Source: Felis catus
Lineage: Eukaryota
Assembly (NCBI RefSeq): GCF_018350175.1
Contig: NC_058368.1
Location: 226,054,001-226,118,000 of the forward strand
DNA length: 64,000 nucleotides
Direction: 5' to 3'
Shown here: positions 60,491 through 64,000 of the stretch, piece after piece
Layout of the letters: every line of letters begins with the position of its first letter
How positions within the stretch are numbered: the stretch's first letter is position 1
Translations under genes and position numbers: made by a program
The notes under the pieces: generated by a model
Databases searched by the model: none
What the model saw: only the letters and a program-made list of their open reading frames with translations
Told to the model about the DNA's origin: nothing

Positions 60491-62277
60491 ACGTCTCACC
60501 ATCTGAAATTATGTAGGATGATTGGCTTAGTCACTGCCCTCCCTCCTAGGATTTAGCCTAGCGAAGGCAGGAACGTAGCCTCATTTACACTGTGGTTGGC
60601 AAGCTTAGAACACAGTCCAGAAGCCACCTACGGAAACCCTCAGGAAATATTAGTTGAATGAATGAAAATCGCCTGAGAATCTCTCATGAAGCAGCCTCAT
60701 GTGTGCTCCTCCTCCTTCTGGAGAAAGGGAAGAGAAGGAGGTGCCCTCAGGAGAAGTGAGGGGATTAGAGTCTGGGTGATTTGGAGTAAACAGTGCTTGA
60801 CATTTTTTTTTTTTTTTAAGAGTGGAAAATTTCAATCTGCACAAGAGTAGAGAGACTGGTTTTAATACACTGCTCCTGAACTTGAACTCCTTCTTCAACA
60901 ATCATACATTTATGACCAATATTATTTCATTTATTCTGAGTGAAAACATTTCTGGAATATCTGAACATGGCCACCCCATCTGATACAAGGTGTGTGTGTC
61001 TGTTTTTTTAATTCAGTTGATTCTTAAGTCTATTAGAGAGAAAAATGACTTGAAGTCCTTTTAATTTTTTCCTGAATACAATATTACAAATGAAGCAGCC
61101 AGGCTTACTCATTAAACTCCAATCCTCTCAAAAATCTTGGCATACTATTTTAAAGACTGCTATATATTAGCTGCACATTATGAACTCAGTCCAGCAGTCT
61201 GAATAAAGACAAAACTCCCATTTGGATGAGGAAAAAAAAAGCAATTAAGTGTAACTGGTAAAGAGGAAGAAATGGGAAAAAAAAATGTGAGATTAAGACC
61301 AAGATTATTTTTTTTATGTGAAATCATCAACACAGGTGAAATTATTTCAAAGATCAAAGGACTGACATTTTGTAAGGAAGCCAAAGAATGTACTATATTT
61401 GCTCTGTGGGTCTACACATATGGAGTCCTCCCATCGACTGGACAGGCTGTTTTAATGTAATCAGTTCAAGTTCTGAATCAAGTTTAATTTCAAAGGACGA
61501 GCAGTAGAGCACCAGTCCTTTATTATGCAAAACTATTTTACTATCTAATGAATTTACTGTCAAGATATCTCTGCAGACAATGTTGCTTCCCCCTTTTTTT
61601 TAAAAGTCTTTTTTTCAGTTTATAAAATTGCATGAGAATCTCAGAAACAGAACCTCTGAGATCGTAAAAGCCGTATTATTCCTGCCTCAATTTTTACTAT
61701 TAACATAGACAAAAGAGTTGAGACAAAACTTGGGCATAAAATATAGGTAATTGTATCATGCACCCTCATTAAGACTTTAATTATTGTATTTTTGAAATTA
61801 TGCATATGATCAAATGCCAAATGTTACGAAGAACGTATAGTAAAAAGAAGCCCTATATGCCACCTTTGCCCACCTGTCCCAGAGTGCCTTTTCCAAGAGT
61901 CAACGATCCAAGTTGTTTCTTGCACCTTTGTAGAGATATTCAGTGCACACACAACCATTGAGTAGGTGCCTCTGTTTTACCTTTCTCACTCAGATAATAA
62001 CACAGTATAAACACTCTCCAACACTGTTTTCTATTCCCACCGTATCCAGCACATCTTGGCAATCATCCCATGTTAGAAGGACTGGTGCTTCCTCACGGTT
62101 TTCAACGTTGCATAGGATTCCATTATACGATGTATTATAATTTATATTATCATTCCTCTATTGATGGATATTTAAGCTGTTTTACTCTTTAGCTGCTGTA
62201 GAAAGTGCCACAATTAATAGTCTACTACTCTGTCTTTAAGTTTCTGTGTAAGTATATCTGTAGGCTAAAAGCCCTCA

Positions 62278-62497
62278 GGGGCACCTGGGTGGCTCAGTCG
62301 GTTGAGCGTCCCACCTCAGCTCAGGTCATGATCTCACGGTTTTTGAGTTCGAGCCCCGCATCGGGCTCTGTGCTGACAGCTCAGAGCTTGGAGCCTGCTT
62401 CAGATTCTGTGTCTCCCTCTCTCTCTCCCCCTCACCTACTCATGCTCTGTTTCTCTCTGTCTCAAAAATAAATAAAAACATTAAAAAAAATTTTTTT
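62278..62497 (+). mobile_element. Can-SINE (feline)
   Basis: TSD AAAGCCCTC at 62268-62276 and 62498-62506. Confidence 0.93.
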
Positions 62498-62688
62498 AAA
62501 GCCCTCCAATAGAACTGCTGAGACAAAAGGTATACATGTTTTAAATTTTCATACATATTGACAACTTTTAGGGAGATTATATAAAAATTATACCACCAAT
62601 AATAATATACCATGTGCCTATTTCTCCAAAATCTTGCCCACTCAGGGTGCCACATAATTTTGACAATGTAAGTAAGAAATGGTATCTT

Positions 62689-62873
62689 TTAAAATTTTTT
62701 TTTGATGTTTACTTATTTTTGAGACAGAAAGAGACAGAGACACAGAATCCGAAACAGGTCCAGGCTGCGAGCCGTCAGCACAGAGCCCGATGCTGGGCTC
62801 AAACTCACGGACCGTGAGATCGCGACCAGAGCCAAAGTCTTACACTTAACCGAGTGAGCCACCCAGGCGCCCC
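62689..62873 (-). mobile_element. Can-SINE (internally deleted)
   Basis: Perfect TSD AGAAATGGTATCTT at 62675-62688 and 62874-62887. Confidence 0.93.
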
Positions 62874-63019
62874 AGAAATGGTATCTTATTATAGTTTTCA
62901 TTTGCAATCTCTTATTTTGAGGTGACTTTCTTTTCATAAGCATGAAAAAGTTTATATCTCCTTTCTGAGAATTACCTACTCATGACCTTTGACTGTGTGC
63001 ATAAGATTATTGATTTCTT

Positions 63020-63245
63020 CTTTTATTTTTTAATTTTTTTTTCAACGTTTATTTATTTTTGGGACAGAGAGAGACAGAGCATGAACGGGGGAGGGGCAGA
63101 GAGAGAGGGAGACACAGAATCGGAAGCAGGCTCCAGGCTCTGAGCCATCAGCCCAGAGCCTGACGCGGGGCTCGAACTCACGGACCGCGAGATCGTGACC
63201 TGGCTGAAGTCGGACGCTTAACCGACTGCGCCACCCAGGCGCCCC
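63020..63245 (-). mobile_element. Young feline Can-SINE (SINEC_Fc-like)
   Basis: TSD TGATTTCTT at 63011-63019 and 63246-63254. Confidence 0.96.
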
Positions 63246-63736
63246 TGATTTCTTACTTCTTAATAATTTGTAATAAATCAGTAGTATTTATAGTAACCAT
63301 TAAATATATTTACATAATTAGAGACATTATCTTCTATGTGAATATTGCCAATATTTCTTGCAGTTTGCTATTTGTTGCTTGACTTTGATCATGTTGTGGT
63401 GGAATTTTTTTATATGATTATTTTATAAGCAACCTATTCTATCTTTGAAGGTCTCTGTCTGGGAGTCAACACTATAAAGAATATATCATATTTGTTCTGA
63501 GAATTCAGATTTAACCTAAATTTTTAAAAACTGTTTGCTAGGGGCCATGCATGCCAACATGCTTTCTAGGTGAAACGGGAGAAGATTCTAGCAGCAACCA
63601 GTGGACAGTGAGCACACTCAAGTAGAATCTGACCGCAAGAGAGTTGATCTTTGAAAAGGTTCTACATCTTAGATGACAGGGAACATAGCATTTAAGATAC
63701 AGGATAAGAGTCTCCATTTAAAAATATTTACTCCGA

Positions 63737-63891
63737 GGGGCTCCTGGGTGGCTCAGTCAGTTGAGCGCCCAACTCTTGATTTTGGCTGATGATCCCAGGA
63801 TCATGGGATTGAGCCCCGTGTCTGCCTCTGTGCTGAGCGAGCCTGTTTAAGATTCTCTCTCTCCCTCTGCCTCTCTCTCCCACTCACACAT

Positions 63892-63923
<32 letters not shown>

Positions 63924-63953
63924 AAATAAAAACAAATAAATAGATAAACATTT
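63737..63953 (+). mobile_element. Can-SINE with (CT)n expansion
   Basis: GGGGCTCCTGGGTGGCTCAG head; TSD about AAAAATATTT(T)ACT. Confidence 0.92.
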
Positions 63954-64000
63954 AAAAATATTTACTATGAAAAACAGAGGTTAATTTGGAGAAATATTTG

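Larger units (their letters stand above)
61780..63420 (-). mobile_element. Old L1ME-type remnant interrupted by three SINEs
   Basis: ATTCCATTATACGATGT..CCTCTATTGATGGATATTTAAGCTGTT; AAATGGTATCTTATT..TTTCATTTGCA; TGAATATTGCCAATATTTC. Confidence 0.65.

Overview
Mammalian nuclear DNA from a cat-family (Felidae) genome; the call rests on feline-type Can-SINEs (SINEC_Fc-like) and an L1 with a cat-type 3' end. The window is non-coding and intron- or intergenic-like. I recognise no host protein-coding exon, rRNA, functional tRNA or CRISPR array. Most ORFs in the track come from SINEs, L1 remnants or microsatellites. Contents: 39 tRNA-derived Can-SINEs (25 minus, 14 plus; most with readable target-site duplications, TSDs), about ten L1 fragments of different ages, many L2 and MIR relics, MaLR/ERVL LTRs (MLT1, MLT2, MER21-like), hAT MITEs (MER58A, MER5, MER3, MER20, MER63A-like) and several microsatellites. 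The most notable unexplained signals are: (i) a 90-bp non-TE segment present twice, with all 16 differences being transitions; (ii) four small patchwork direct/inverted-repeat scars resembling templated-insertion repair; (iii) a SINE inserted in inverted orientation into another SINE's tail; (iv) a strong minus-strand retroelement bias over about 15 kb; (v) a candidate 6-nt microexon. I found no well-supported new biological system. Family names are recognised by eye, not by database search, and boundaries of old elements are approximate.
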